From the NCBI GenBank assembly GCA_013285995.1, contig JABDGN010000003.1:5317-69316 (forward strand): 64,000 nt of DNA, written 5' to 3'. Position numbers and translations under genes: made by a program. Origin of the DNA: Gammaproteobacteria bacterium. Lineage in GTDB: Bacteria; Pseudomonadota; Gammaproteobacteria; JABDGN01. Below, in pieces: positions 46,405-57,878 of the stretch; positions within the stretch are counted from its first letter, which is position 1; every line of letters starts with the position of its first letter. The notes under the pieces were generated by a model. That model saw nothing but the letters and a program-made list of their open reading frames with translations, ran no database searches and was not told the origin of the DNA.

Positions 46405-46983
46405 ATGAAGTTAATTAGAATTTTTTTATTTGGATTGATCGTCTTAAATCTTACCGCTTGCTGGCCCATCGCTGGCCAACACGGTTTGATTCATAATCGG
46501 GAAAACGATTATTTAAAGAGTCAGCAGCAAACCACGCTCGCAATCCCAGCTGGCTTGAGCAATAGCAATATTCAAGATCAAGCGCCGATTCCGCAAGGTC
46601 CCGCTTGGAGTTCAACGACACCCGCTAGCATTCTGCCGCCCGGTAGTATTTTAGCGCAGGGTAAAGCTATTGCGCCGGCTTTGCAAGGTAATGGACCTTG
46701 GTTAGGAGTAGGTTCTAATGGTGAACCGGCTTTATTAGTGAATGGAAAAATTGCTACTGTATGGCCGCAAGTCGCAACCGCTTTACAAGCATTGCAATAC
46801 CAAATTGCAGGCAGCGATCAACGCGTTGGTTTATATATGGTAAGCCGCAATAAACAAGCTTTTGTGTTTAATGTGTTGCAAGCTCAACAAGGTGTAGTGA
46901 TTACAGTGGAATCCTATGAAAGCATCCCATTGCAAAATAAAGACGCGAAAAAATTATTACAAGAATTAAGCAAGAAATTATGA
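46405..46983 (+). CDS. short BamC/NlpB-like outer-membrane lipoprotein
   Basis: Lipobox LTAC, RENDYL...L.IP.GL motif, position between dapA and purC. Confidence 0.75.
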   Translation: MKLIRIFLFGLIVLNLTACWPIAGQHGLIHNRENDYLKSQQQTTLAIPAGLSNSNIQDQAPIPQGPAWSSTTPASILPPGSILAQGKAIAPALQGNGPWLGVGSNGEPALLVNGKIATVWPQVATALQALQYQIAGSDQRVGLYMVSRNKQAFVFNVLQAQQGVVITVESYESIPLQNKDAKKLLQELSKKL

Positions 46984-47690
46984 AAAAAACTATCTTAGCT
47001 ACCGGCAAATCTAAAACGATTTACACAACCGATGATCCTAACTTATTGGTGATGGAGTTTCGTGATGACGCGACGGCCTTTAATGGAGTAAAAAAAGCGT
47101 CGTTGGCGCGCAAGGGCAAAGTGAACAATCATTTTAACGCGCATGTGATGCAATTATTGGCGGCTGAAAATATTGCCGTGCATTTTGTAAAATTATTATC
47201 GGAAACAGAATCGCTGGTTAAAAAGCTCGACATGATCCGTATCGAGTTTGTGGTGCGTAATGTAGTGGCTGGTGGCATCAGTAAACGTTTAGGAATCGAA
47301 GAAGGCATGGTATTGCCTGAGCCCACTTTAGAATTATTTTTAAAAGACGATGCTTTGGGCGATCCGATGATCAATGAATCGCATGTGCACGTATTTAACT
47401 GGGCGAAAGATGAAGAAATCGCTGAGTTGAAACAAAGAACTTTACGCATCAATACCATTCTCAAAGCCTTCTTTGCCAAAGCCGGTTTAACCCTGGTGGA
47501 TTTTAAATTGGAATTTGGCCGCGCTGATGGCAAACTATTATTAGGCGATGAATTTACCTTAGATGGCTGTCGCGTGTGGGATACTAAAACGCAAAAGAAA
47601 TTTGACAAAGATCGCTTCCGCCGTGATTTAGGTGAGGTGATTGAATCGTATGAAGAAGCGGCGGAACGGTTGGGGATTGATGTTTTGTAG
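46980..47690 (+). CDS. purC: SAICAR synthetase
   Basis: GKSK.IY, FRDDATAFNG, LVDFKLEFG, DKDRFRRDLG. Confidence 0.97.
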   Translation: MKKTILATGKSKTIYTTDDPNLLVMEFRDDATAFNGVKKASLARKGKVNNHFNAHVMQLLAAENIAVHFVKLLSETESLVKKLDMIRIEFVVRNVVAGGISKRLGIEEGMVLPEPTLELFLKDDALGDPMINESHVHVFNWAKDEEIAELKQRTLRINTILKAFFAKAGLTLVDFKLEFGRADGKLLLGDEFTLDGCRVWDTKTQKKFDKDRFRRDLGEVIESYEEAAERLGIDVL

Positions 47691-47746
47691 GGGCGCCTCG
47701 CGAGGCGCCCGTGGGCCGGTCGCGACCGGCCCCTACATTTAGCGTA

Positions 47747-47837
47747 GGAGAGGTACCGAAGTGGTCATAACGGCACCGACTCGAAATCGGTCGGGGGAGC
47801 AATCCCCACAAGGGTTCGAATCCCTTCCTCTCCGCCA
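47747..47837 (+). tRNA. tRNA-Ser(CGA)
   Basis: GGAGAGG...CCTCTCC-G-CCA; ACCGA-CTCGAAA-TCGGT; long variable arm. Confidence 0.96.
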
Positions 47838-47840
47838 TAT

Positions 47841-47878
47841 TTTTTAAAAAGGGCAACGCAGTTGCCCTTTTTAAAAAA
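47841..47878. terminator. intrinsic terminator (bidirectional type)
   Basis: TTTTTAAAAAGGGCAAC-GCA-GTTGCCCTTTTTAAAAA. Confidence 0.85.
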
Positions 47879-48088
47879 TACAGCGAGAGGGTAGGATGAG
47901 AACACTCTGGTTCGACAAATTCGCCGGGAGCGAATTTGGTCGCGCTTTGGCTTCGTAGGTCGGCTTACGAGAGTTTCGCATTAAGCGAAACGAACAAGCC
48001 GACAGCATGGCAAATTTCAAATATTGTCGGCTTGTTCATCACGCCTGCGGCGTAACTCTCGTAAACCGACCTACAATTATATACAACC

Positions 48089-48973
48089 TTGAATACGACA
48101 TCCCCCCACTTCCATCTCGAACACAACGTTTCTCTCGCTGACTACGTCTCGTGGAAAACCAGCGGCTCCGCTAAACAACTTTTCCAACCCAGCAGTTTGG
48201 AAAACCTTCAAGCTTTTCTCAAAACCTTAGCCAATGACGAACCCTTATTATGGATTGGCCTCGGCAGCAATTTACTCATTCGTGACGGTGGCTTTAATGG
48301 CACAGTGATTTTTACGCAAAAACATTTACGGCATATAGAGCTAAAAAATACGACGACTATTTATGCCGAGTGTGGCGTTGCCTGCCCGAGTTTGGCGCGG
48401 TTTGCGGCCAAACATCATTTAAGTGATGCGGAGTTTTTTGCGGGTATTCCGGGTACCATCGGGGGAGCATTAGCGATGAATGCCGGAGCTTTTGGTGGCG
48501 AAACCTGGGAAAAAGTTTTGCGCGTTGAGTGCATCGATCGACAAGGAATTATCCACCAACGCTCGGCAACAGAGTTTGCGATTTCCTATCGTACAGTTGA
48601 AACGTCGCGCGAAGAATGGTTTGTGGGTGCAAGCTTTGAATTTGCCAGCGGTGATAAAACTAATGCTTTAGAAAAAATTAAACACTTGCTCGATAAACGT
48701 GCTGCCACCCAACCGACCGGTGTGCCCACTTGTGGATCGGTGTTTCGCAACCCGCCAGGTGATTATGCCGCGCGTTTAATTGAAGCCTGTGGTTTGAAAG
48801 GTCATCAAATTGGCGGTGCGGTGGTTTCCGAGAAACACGCCAATTTTATCGTTAACACGGGCACTGCCACGGCCAGCGATATTGAGCAATTAGTTGATTA
48901 TGTCGCCGCTACCGTGCTCGAGCAACAAGGTGTACAATTGCATCGGGAAGTGAAGGTCATGGGTGAGAGATGA
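48089..48973 (+). CDS. murB: UDP-N-acetylenolpyruvoylglucosamine reductase
   Basis: GLGSNLL.RDGG, GIPGTIGGALAMNAGA.GGE, CGSVFRNP, SEKHANFIVN. Confidence 0.96.
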   Translation: MNTTSPHFHLEHNVSLADYVSWKTSGSAKQLFQPSSLENLQAFLKTLANDEPLLWIGLGSNLLIRDGGFNGTVIFTQKHLRHIELKNTTTIYAECGVACPSLARFAAKHHLSDAEFFAGIPGTIGGALAMNAGAFGGETWEKVLRVECIDRQGIIHQRSATEFAISYRTVETSREEWFVGASFEFASGDKTNALEKIKHLLDKRAATQPTGVPTCGSVFRNPPGDYAARLIEACGLKGHQIGGAVVSEKHANFIVNTGTATASDIEQLVDYVAATVLEQQGVQLHREVKVMGER

Positions 48974-49734
48974 TATTTTGGCGCGCTAAGCCAGCGGGGC
49001 AAGCTAAATTACGAACCGAAAGTGGCGTGCAATATTTTTTACGACGCTTAAAAAAAATTTGTTTATGGCTGCTTGCTTTACTGATTTTAATTTTTATCAT
49101 CAGTAGTTATATTTATTTACATCGCCCCAGCACTTTACCAATTAAAACGATTCAAGTGCTCGGGGAATACAGTCACATTGATAATCGGACGGTGGAAAAT
49201 ATTGTTTTACCTGATGTGCAAAATGGCTTGCTCAACTTAAATTTAAGCACCTTGCAGCAGGCTCTCTTGCAATTGCCTTGGCTAGAGCGAGTCGAGATTC
49301 GCAAAATTTGGCCCGACACGATTGTTATTTATTTATATCAACAGGTGCCGGTAGCCTATTGGAATGAGAAAAGTTTATTGAACGATACGGGCGTCATTTT
49401 CACGCCACCGCACTTGAAAGATTTACCAGCCGATTTACCGTATTTTAATGGACCTGATTCGCAAAGCGCAGCGATGCTGGCCGCTTATCGCGATATGACT
49501 CAACGTTTGCAGCCTTTGGGTTTGTCAGTGCTTGCGATCAATTTAAGTCAGCGTCATGCGTGGACAGTTACTTTAAGTAACGGTATTATTTTAATTTTAG
49601 GTCGGGAAGATTTTGCGGATCGTTTGCAACGGTTTATTACGGTGTATCCGAATGTTTTAAGTGCCAAAGCGGGTCGGGTGCAGAGTGTCGACCTGCGATA
49701 TAATAGTGGATTGGCTGTTGAGTGGAAACGGTGA
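48970..49734 (+). CDS. ftsQ: cell division protein FtsQ/DivIB
   Basis: Single TM segment, POTRA LPW...EIRKIWPD, C-terminal VDLRYNSGLAVEW. Confidence 0.93.
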   Translation: MIFWRAKPAGQAKLRTESGVQYFLRRLKKICLWLLALLILIFIISSYIYLHRPSTLPIKTIQVLGEYSHIDNRTVENIVLPDVQNGLLNLNLSTLQQALLQLPWLERVEIRKIWPDTIVIYLYQQVPVAYWNEKSLLNDTGVIFTPPHLKDLPADLPYFNGPDSQSAAMLAAYRDMTQRLQPLGLSVLAINLSQRHAWTVTLSNGIILILGREDFADRLQRFITVYPNVLSAKAGRVQSVDLRYNSGLAVEWKR

Positions 49735-49735
49735 A

Positions 49736-49879
49736 AAATCCCCCTTAATCCCCCTTTTTCAAAGGGGGAAATCCTTCATTCAATTTATTGCATGAATCCC
49801 CCCTTTTTCAAAGGGGGAAATCCTTCATTCAATTTATTGCATGAATCCCTCCTTTGAAAAAGGGGGGCAGGGGGGATTT
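49736..49879. repeat. CCCCCTTT/AAAGGGGG palindromic element with internal ~50-bp duplication
   Basis: CCCCCTTTTTCAAAGGGGGAAATCCTTCATTCAATTTATTGCATGAATC twice. Confidence 0.85.
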
Positions 49880-49921
49880 AAAATTTTCAAATTTTGAAAA
49901 ATAAAATTTAAAGGTATCAAA

Positions 49922-51001
49922 TTGCGAGTCATAAATTTCGGGGCCGGTCCCGCTATGTTACCGGACAGTGTATTAGAACGAGCGCAAGTAGAAATGTTGG
50001 ACTGGCGTGGTACGGGTATGTCGATCATGGAAATTGGGCATCGCAGTTCTGCGTTTGAAGCATTATTACTGGGCATTGAAGCTAAACTGCGGCAGCTCAT
50101 GTCGATCCCTTCGAATTATAAAATATTATTTTTAGCCGGTGGCGCACAAGCGCAATTTGCTGCGATACCGATGAATTTATTGCGTGGCAATACCACGGCT
50201 GATTATGTTTATACCGGTGTATGGTCGGGTCTGGCGATAGATGAAGCGAAGAAACATTGTCAAGTCAATATAGTGGCGAGTGGGGAAGCGGAAAATTTTT
50301 TAACGATTCCCGCGCGCACCGACTGGCGATTAAATCCACACGCAGCTTATGCGTATTATTGCCCCAATGAAACCCTGACTGGCCTGCAATTGCACAGCAT
50401 ACCTGAGGTTGGTAATGTGCCACTGGTAGCAGACTTTACTTCCTCTATTTTGTCAGAGCCATTGGAGGTTGCAAAATTCGGTTTGATTTTTGCCAGCGCG
50501 CAAAAAAATTTAGGCCAATCGGGTGTGACCACCGTCATCGTGCGCGAAGATTTATTAGGTAACCCCGCAGCGATAACGCCTAATGTGTGGAATTATACGA
50601 AACAAGCCGAAGCGCAATCACGGGTCAATACACCGCCGACCTATGCCATTTACATTTTGGGTTTAATGTTAGATTGGGTAGCAGAGCAGGGTGGTGTCAC
50701 CGCTCTCGCCGCGACCAATGCGCGCAAAGCACGGACTTTGTATGGGTATATTGATCAGAGTGATTTTTATCGCAATCAAGTCGCACCCTCCTATCGCTCT
50801 GCAATGAATGTCACTTTTAATTTACCAACGGAAGAACTCAATGCTGCATTTGTAGCCGCCGCTGCAAAAGAAAATTTGATGAATTTAAAAGGGCACAAAA
50901 AAGCGGGTGGCATTCGGGTGAGTTTATACAATGCAGTGAGCGCAGCGATGGTGCAACGCTTAGTTGAGTTTATGCGCGAGTTTGCCAAAAGTGCGGGATA
51001 A
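49922..51001 (+). CDS. serC: phosphoserine aminotransferase
   Basis: NFGAGPAMLP, AQKNLG, NTPPT, GH...GGIR.S.YNA. Confidence 0.96.
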   Translation: MRVINFGAGPAMLPDSVLERAQVEMLDWRGTGMSIMEIGHRSSAFEALLLGIEAKLRQLMSIPSNYKILFLAGGAQAQFAAIPMNLLRGNTTADYVYTGVWSGLAIDEAKKHCQVNIVASGEAENFLTIPARTDWRLNPHAAYAYYCPNETLTGLQLHSIPEVGNVPLVADFTSSILSEPLEVAKFGLIFASAQKNLGQSGVTTVIVREDLLGNPAAITPNVWNYTKQAEAQSRVNTPPTYAIYILGLMLDWVAEQGGVTALAATNARKARTLYGYIDQSDFYRNQVAPSYRSAMNVTFNLPTEELNAAFVAAAAKENLMNLKGHKKAGGIRVSLYNAVSAAMVQRLVEFMREFAKSAG

Positions 51002-51122
51002 ACGCATTAGCTTGGATTCCCATCGCTACGCGATGAGAATGACATCAAAATTAACAAATCAAAGACAGCCCTGCAAATAGCTGTTAAAATAGCCGCTTAC
51101 TTAAAATTTTTTAGGAATTATT

Positions 51123-52361
51123 ATGGCTTGGACAGAACCCGGCAAAGACAAACAACCTAATCAGCCTAATGGATCCAATGATCCTAATCAAGGCCCACCT
51201 GATTTGGACAAGGTGTTTAAAGAATTTTCGCAAAAATTTGCTAGTTTGTTTGGCAAGAAGAAAACCACTTCCAGCACTGATAAAACGCCGCCCAGTGGCC
51301 ATAGCACAGTGATGGGCGTTGGTATCGTCATTGCGATTTTAATCGTGATTTGGATTTTATCGGGCATTTTCATTGTTTCGCCGCCGGAGCAAGCCGTCGT
51401 GTTGCGGTTTGGGCAATATGAAACAACGGTCGGCCCGGGCCCGCACTGGATCCCACGTTTTATCGATTCAGAAACCATCTTAAATGTACAACAAGTTTCT
51501 ACTTATTCTTATGAAGCGCAGATGCTGACCAAAGATCAAAACATCGTCGACGTATCGGTGGCGGTGCAATATAAAATTGCTGATGCCAAAGCTTATTTGT
51601 TTAATGTGGCCGATCCGGAACAAAGTTTACAACAAGCGACGGCCAGCGCGTTGCGGCAAGTGATTGGTAACACTAACCTGGATGATATTTTAACCAGTGG
51701 TCGTGCAGTGGTGCGGGATGAAGTGGGCCAACAACTCAATCAAATTTTGCCAATTTATAATACTGGTATTGTAGTGACTGACGTTGCTTTGCAACCAGCT
51801 AAAGCCCCCGATCAAGTGAAAGATGCCTTTGACGATGCGATTAAAGCGCAGGAAGATGAACAACGTTATATTAATCAAGCGCAAGCTTACGCACAAAGCG
51901 TCGTGCCGGTCGCACAAGGGAATGCACAGCGGATTTTGCAGGAAGCGCAAGCCTATCGTCAGCAAATAGTGTTAGCTGCGAAAGCAGATGTGGCACGTTA
52001 CCTGGCGATTTTACCAGTGTATCAAAGCGCGCCGGGTGTGACGCGCGAACGGATGTACTTATCAATGGTGCAAGATGTGTTTCAACATACTAACAAAGTA
52101 TTGTTGGATGCGAAGGGCAATCAAAATGTGGTGTATTTGCCCCTGGATAAATTAGGGGCAGCCGCTGCACCGGTTGCCACATCGACTAATGCAACGCCTA
52201 TTACCAATGCTGCTTCCGATGCGAGTCAGCAGTCGAGTACGGCACCTTCTTATAGCAGTAACACCAATAGCTCAAGCAGCAATGCTGCCGGAGCAGGTCG
52301 CCCGCAACGATTTGTATTCACCAATCCCGATAGCCAAGTGGGTACAGGAGGGAATCAATAA
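51123..52361 (+). CDS. hflK: FtsH protease modulator HflK
   Basis: MAW.EPG, QGPPDLD, V..AFDDAIKAQEDE, AP.VTRERMY. Confidence 0.96.
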   Translation: MAWTEPGKDKQPNQPNGSNDPNQGPPDLDKVFKEFSQKFASLFGKKKTTSSTDKTPPSGHSTVMGVGIVIAILIVIWILSGIFIVSPPEQAVVLRFGQYETTVGPGPHWIPRFIDSETILNVQQVSTYSYEAQMLTKDQNIVDVSVAVQYKIADAKAYLFNVADPEQSLQQATASALRQVIGNTNLDDILTSGRAVVRDEVGQQLNQILPIYNTGIVVTDVALQPAKAPDQVKDAFDDAIKAQEDEQRYINQAQAYAQSVVPVAQGNAQRILQEAQAYRQQIVLAAKADVARYLAILPVYQSAPGVTRERMYLSMVQDVFQHTNKVLLDAKGNQNVVYLPLDKLGAAAAPVATSTNATPITNAASDASQQSSTAPSYSSNTNSSSSNAAGAGRPQRFVFTNPDSQVGTGGNQ

Positions 52362-53257
52362 TGTCGAAGAAATTAGTTGGCATCATTATTCTCATCATCA
52401 TTATTTTAATGGTGTTGTCAGGCAGTTTGTTTACGGTGGATGAAGGTGAACAAGCCTTAGTCACCCGTTTAGGGCAAATTAAAGATAATTCGCAAGGTCA
52501 GCCGCAAGTGATGTTGCCGGGCTTGCATGTGAAAACGCCGTTTTTGGATTCGGTATTGTATTTTGATACGCGGATTCAAACTTTAACCATCGATAAATCA
52601 CGCGTGGTGACGGCACAGAAAAAAGATGTGTTAGTCGATTATTATGTGAAATGGCGCATTACCAATTTAGCCAGTTATTTCACTTCGACAAGTGGTGATT
52701 CAGCGCAAGCCGAGCAATTATTGACGCAACAAATTAATGGTGCATTGCGCGCGCAATTTGGTCAGCGGGATATTCCGGATGTCGTGTCAGATGCGCGGTC
52801 GGAAATTATGTCGGCACTCTCAAAAAGTGCAAACGTGGGTGCGGCATCGCTGGGGATTCAAGTGATCGATGTACGGATTAAAGCGATTGATTTACCCGAT
52901 GAAGTGAGTAGCGCTGTGTTTAACCGGATGCGTGCTGAACGTACCCGTGTTGCCGCGCAACACCGCTCTGAGGGCCAAGCGCAGGCCGAAGCCATTCAAG
53001 CGACAGCCGATGCGGATGCCACTGTGATTGTTGCTAAAGCCAATGAACAAGCGGCACAATTGATGGCCGAAGGCGATAAAGAAGCGGGTAAAATCTATAC
53101 GCAAGCGTATAGTAAAGACCCCAATTTCTACGCATTTTATAAGAGTTTGCAAGCCTATCGGCAGTCGTTTTCAAATTCGAACAACAATATTTTAGTGTTG
53201 AGCCCGAATAGTGATTTCTTTAAATATTTTAATAATCCTAGTGGTAATAATAAGTAG
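52361..53257 (+). CDS. hflC: FtsH protease modulator HflC
   Basis: PGLH.K.PF, VD.YVKWRI, DVRIK.IDLP, RMRAER, P.FY.F.KSL.AY. Confidence 0.96.
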   Translation: MSKKLVGIIILIIIILMVLSGSLFTVDEGEQALVTRLGQIKDNSQGQPQVMLPGLHVKTPFLDSVLYFDTRIQTLTIDKSRVVTAQKKDVLVDYYVKWRITNLASYFTSTSGDSAQAEQLLTQQINGALRAQFGQRDIPDVVSDARSEIMSALSKSANVGAASLGIQVIDVRIKAIDLPDEVSSAVFNRMRAERTRVAAQHRSEGQAQAEAIQATADADATVIVAKANEQAAQLMAEGDKEAGKIYTQAYSKDPNFYAFYKSLQAYRQSFSNSNNNILVLSPNSDFFKYFNNPSGNNK

Positions 53258-53328
53258 GTCGGTTTGTAGGGGCCGCTCGCGAGCGGCCCGCGGGCGGGTC
53301 ACGACCCGCCCCTACACGTAATTCGTAG

Positions 53329-54636
<1,308 letters not shown>

Positions 54637-54733
54637 ACGTCATTCTCGCTTTCGCGGGGATGACAGTAAAAAGATAGCCATCTAATTCTAGCCCTGATTG
54701 TTCATTTTCTGTATAATCCTGTCTCTTTTAAGC

Positions 54734-54766
54734 GCTCATATTTCCTTAAGCTTGCTTTGTTACAAT
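54734..54766 (+). promoter_or_regulatory. PmrA-type box (degenerate first half-site) with -10
   Basis: GCTCATATT-TC-CTTAAGCTT-7 nt-TACAAT. Confidence 0.5.
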
Positions 54767-54819
54767 ACTGGGTTTTCTGGTGGGGTTGGGGTTTAAATAT
54801 TATTAACATGGGTACAAAA

Positions 54820-57800
54820 ATGCGTCAATTTACAATTTTAAAACCATCCCTCCTAGCGTGTTTGCTGATGTTTGCTGGCCTTAATGCGGTCGCCGATACA
54901 CATGTATCTTTGCCGCAGGGTGTGACGGGGGCCTTTACCGTCGCTGGTATGCCTGTGGATAGCGTTAAAGTGGGTGAAACCTTGACTTATACCATCACTA
55001 ACAACTCGCAAGAAGTGTTGAGTGATTTTTATGTTGATAGCGCGCACTTGCCTAGCCAATTTAAATTAATAGCCAATGGTGGCGAGCATCCTTGTTCGAT
55101 TAATCCCGCCAATAAAATTTCATTAATGACCGTTCCCAATAGTGATTTGGAACATCCGCATTTACCGACCAATTATTGCACTTTGACGGGTGAGTTTACG
55201 GAATCAGTACCAGCACAAGCGCAAGGCTTAACGTTCAACTTGCCACTCCATTTTGCAGAACCGGGTTCTATGAATGTTAACCCGCCTATGGTTCAAGCTG
55301 ATTTGCCAGCTCATTTGAAGGCCATCAGTGATACCTCTGATTCATTGCCAGCGGGCGTGACCGGCGCGTTTTCGGTGGACGGTAAAGCTGTTGCAACAGT
55401 GAAAGAAAATCAAACTGTTGTCTACACGATTACCAATGGTTCTGGGACAGAGTTGGAGAATGTTTATGTCGATAGAGCAAGCCTGCCTACGAATTTTGTT
55501 TTAGATGAGTACGCTGGCTGGCGTCATTGCTCAGTATATCTGGAAGGTAAAACACCTCTAGTGACTACGCCAGCGGATGCAGCATCTCCGCACTTGCCGA
55601 CTAATTACTGTACCTTAACGGGTTATTTTACCAGTGCGGGGGAAGTTGCATGGAATATTAACATGCACTTTTCAATCGGTAGCACGAGTTATGAACCCGA
55701 GTTTACCGCCAAAATGACGGGTAAATTGGAGGTGGGAAATCCACACCAAGCCATTCCGGTGTATGTGTTTGGTGATAGTTGGTCAGATATGGGAAATAAC
55801 GGCATTGCAACCAATAAGCCCAATGGCAAAACCTGGGCTTATTATGTGGCGCAAGATTATGACAACCTGAACGGAATTCAGGCTTCTAAAAATGGTGGTA
55901 CAGATTATGCGCAGGGCGGGGCTTTAGCGGCAGCTGCAATAACGCAAGTTGATAGCTATCTTAACTCGCATAATAATCGTGCTGATCCGAAAGCTTTGTA
56001 TATTTTCTTTATTGGCGGTAACGATATACGTAATGCTTCTACCGTACAAAAGCAAACGATGGAAACTGCCGCTGGCAAAGTGAGCGAAGCCGCCAAACAC
56101 TTATTGGAAAGTGGCGCTCAGCATGTGGCTGTGGTAAATATTCCCATTTATAAAGATGTCAAGAATATTCCTGAAGCGCTGCGCCCTTTTATTCCACAAA
56201 TCGTTATTACTAATGGTGACAATTCAGAAACATTTAACACTAAGTTGTCGAATGAAGTAACAGCGTTGCAAGGAACCTATAAGGATAGAATTGATTTGGT
56301 TGACCTATATAAACCAATGATAGGCTTAATGTTGCCTGATTCGATGGGCGGCAACCAGGCTATCAAAGATCACTATAAATTTGATGCAGTCTTTGATTTA
56401 ATCCCTGCTATTAAAACCTATTCTTGTGCTGATGCGAACCGGCTGTTGAAGTCGGCCTGTGAAGAAACCAATTGGTTCTTTTACGACACAGATGACAATG
56501 GTATTCCATTGCATCCGGCTGACTATATTATTCAGGTTGGACCTGAAAAAGGTACGCATGCCGGTGGCCACATATTTTTTGCTAAAGAATTTATGAAAGC
56601 CTATAAATATGTACCTGGCGACGAAACACCCCCACCCGTGGATGATAGTGTATCGTTCAGCGGCAAATTATTAGACGATAAAGGCCAAGCTTTAACCCGT
56701 GTAGAAGTAGGTCATGCAGTTGTTTATAAAGTCACTAATACGTCACCTGCACAAGGGGTTAGCCTTTACTTAAGTGGTGCATTGCCAGCCCATTTTGTGT
56801 TGAATACAGCGGGCACCCACTGTGCGCTCAATGAACATCCAGCAACCGATTTAGCGCCTAATCAAAGCTGTGAATTAGTAGGCACTTTTAGCAAACCTAT
56901 TTTGCTTGGACAAACCGTTAAAATGGATTTTAAAGTAAACTACAAGCGTGCTCATACGGATGCAAGCTGGACGGCTTATAACATGGCGTCGTTTACTGTA
57001 GGTGTTTACCAACCTTTGTATGTGTTCGGCGATAGTTTGTCGGATATGGGTAATGAAGTCGATCCGCAATTTAAAGCCAAATTAGGGGCTCTGCCATTCC
57101 CAGCTAGAGGCCCTTATACTAGTGTGGACGGTAAAAAGTATGGTGGGGAAACTTGGGTTGTCGATGTTGCCAAGCAGTTGGGTAACACAACTATTACGGC
57201 TTCCCGTCCGATAAATAATGGTGCGCACGGTACAGATTATGCGGTAAGTGGCAGTACCACGTCAGGGTTGGATGCACAGTTGACAGCGCTTAAACAAGAT
57301 CATCCGCAATTGGACGGCGATGCTTTATATGTCGTGTGGTCGGCTGGTAATGATTTCTTGTATCAGGCCTTGAGCAATAAAGGCTCTACAGACTATTCAC
57401 CTGCCGCAAAGACAGCTGCAAATAATATGATTAACTTCATTAAGAAATTGCAGGCAACTAACATAAAACATATCGTGGTGATCAATTTACCACCGATTGG
57501 TTATACGCCTCTCATTGCTAACAATGTGTTTGATCTGGTGGGAAGTGGCAAAAAAGATCCAATGAATAAAGCGGTCGACACCTACAACACACAATTAGCT
57601 AACTTTGTCCACGCTGATACAAGTGGCAAATTAAAATTAGTGGATATGTATACACCCGCAGAGGCTTTATACGAGAGTAATGGCGCTAGCTATACAAAAA
57701 TCAAGTTTACAGATGTTAAGACATCTTGTTGGAATGTGATAGGATTTTTTAGTTGCGGGCCTAAAAAACAGCCAGGATTTTTCTATTGGGATACCATACA

Positions 57801-57864
57801 TCCTAGCAACAGCGGCCACTTGTTTTTAGCGGATCAATTTATGGAATCTTATAACGCACAATAG
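54820..57864 (+). CDS. secreted SGNH/GDSL hydrolase with two catalytic domains and three beta-rich Cys-pair modules
   Basis: Signal peptide; FGDSWSD.G and FGDSLSD.G; GGND/AGND; C-terminal WDTIHP. Confidence 0.88.
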   Translation: MRQFTILKPSLLACLLMFAGLNAVADTHVSLPQGVTGAFTVAGMPVDSVKVGETLTYTITNNSQEVLSDFYVDSAHLPSQFKLIANGGEHPCSINPANKISLMTVPNSDLEHPHLPTNYCTLTGEFTESVPAQAQGLTFNLPLHFAEPGSMNVNPPMVQADLPAHLKAISDTSDSLPAGVTGAFSVDGKAVATVKENQTVVYTITNGSGTELENVYVDRASLPTNFVLDEYAGWRHCSVYLEGKTPLVTTPADAASPHLPTNYCTLTGYFTSAGEVAWNINMHFSIGSTSYEPEFTAKMTGKLEVGNPHQAIPVYVFGDSWSDMGNNGIATNKPNGKTWAYYVAQDYDNLNGIQASKNGGTDYAQGGALAAAAITQVDSYLNSHNNRADPKALYIFFIGGNDIRNASTVQKQTMETAAGKVSEAAKHLLESGAQHVAVVNIPIYKDVKNIPEALRPFIPQIVITNGDNSETFNTKLSNEVTALQGTYKDRIDLVDLYKPMIGLMLPDSMGGNQAIKDHYKFDAVFDLIPAIKTYSCADANRLLKSACEETNWFFYDTDDNGIPLHPADYIIQVGPEKGTHAGGHIFFAKEFMKAYKYVPGDETPPPVDDSVSFSGKLLDDKGQALTRVEVGHAVVYKVTNTSPAQGVSLYLSGALPAHFVLNTAGTHCALNEHPATDLAPNQSCELVGTFSKPILLGQTVKMDFKVNYKRAHTDASWTAYNMASFTVGVYQPLYVFGDSLSDMGNEVDPQFKAKLGALPFPARGPYTSVDGKKYGGETWVVDVAKQLGNTTITASRPINNGAHGTDYAVSGSTTSGLDAQLTALKQDHPQLDGDALYVVWSAGNDFLYQALSNKGSTDYSPAAKTAANNMINFIKKLQATNIKHIVVINLPPIGYTPLIANNVFDLVGSGKKDPMNKAVDTYNTQLANFVHADTSGKLKLVDMYTPAEALYESNGASYTKIKFTDVKTSCWNVIGFFSCGPKKQPGFFYWDTIHPSNSGHLFLADQFMESYNAQ

Positions 57865-57878
57865 TGCAGGAGAAAATC

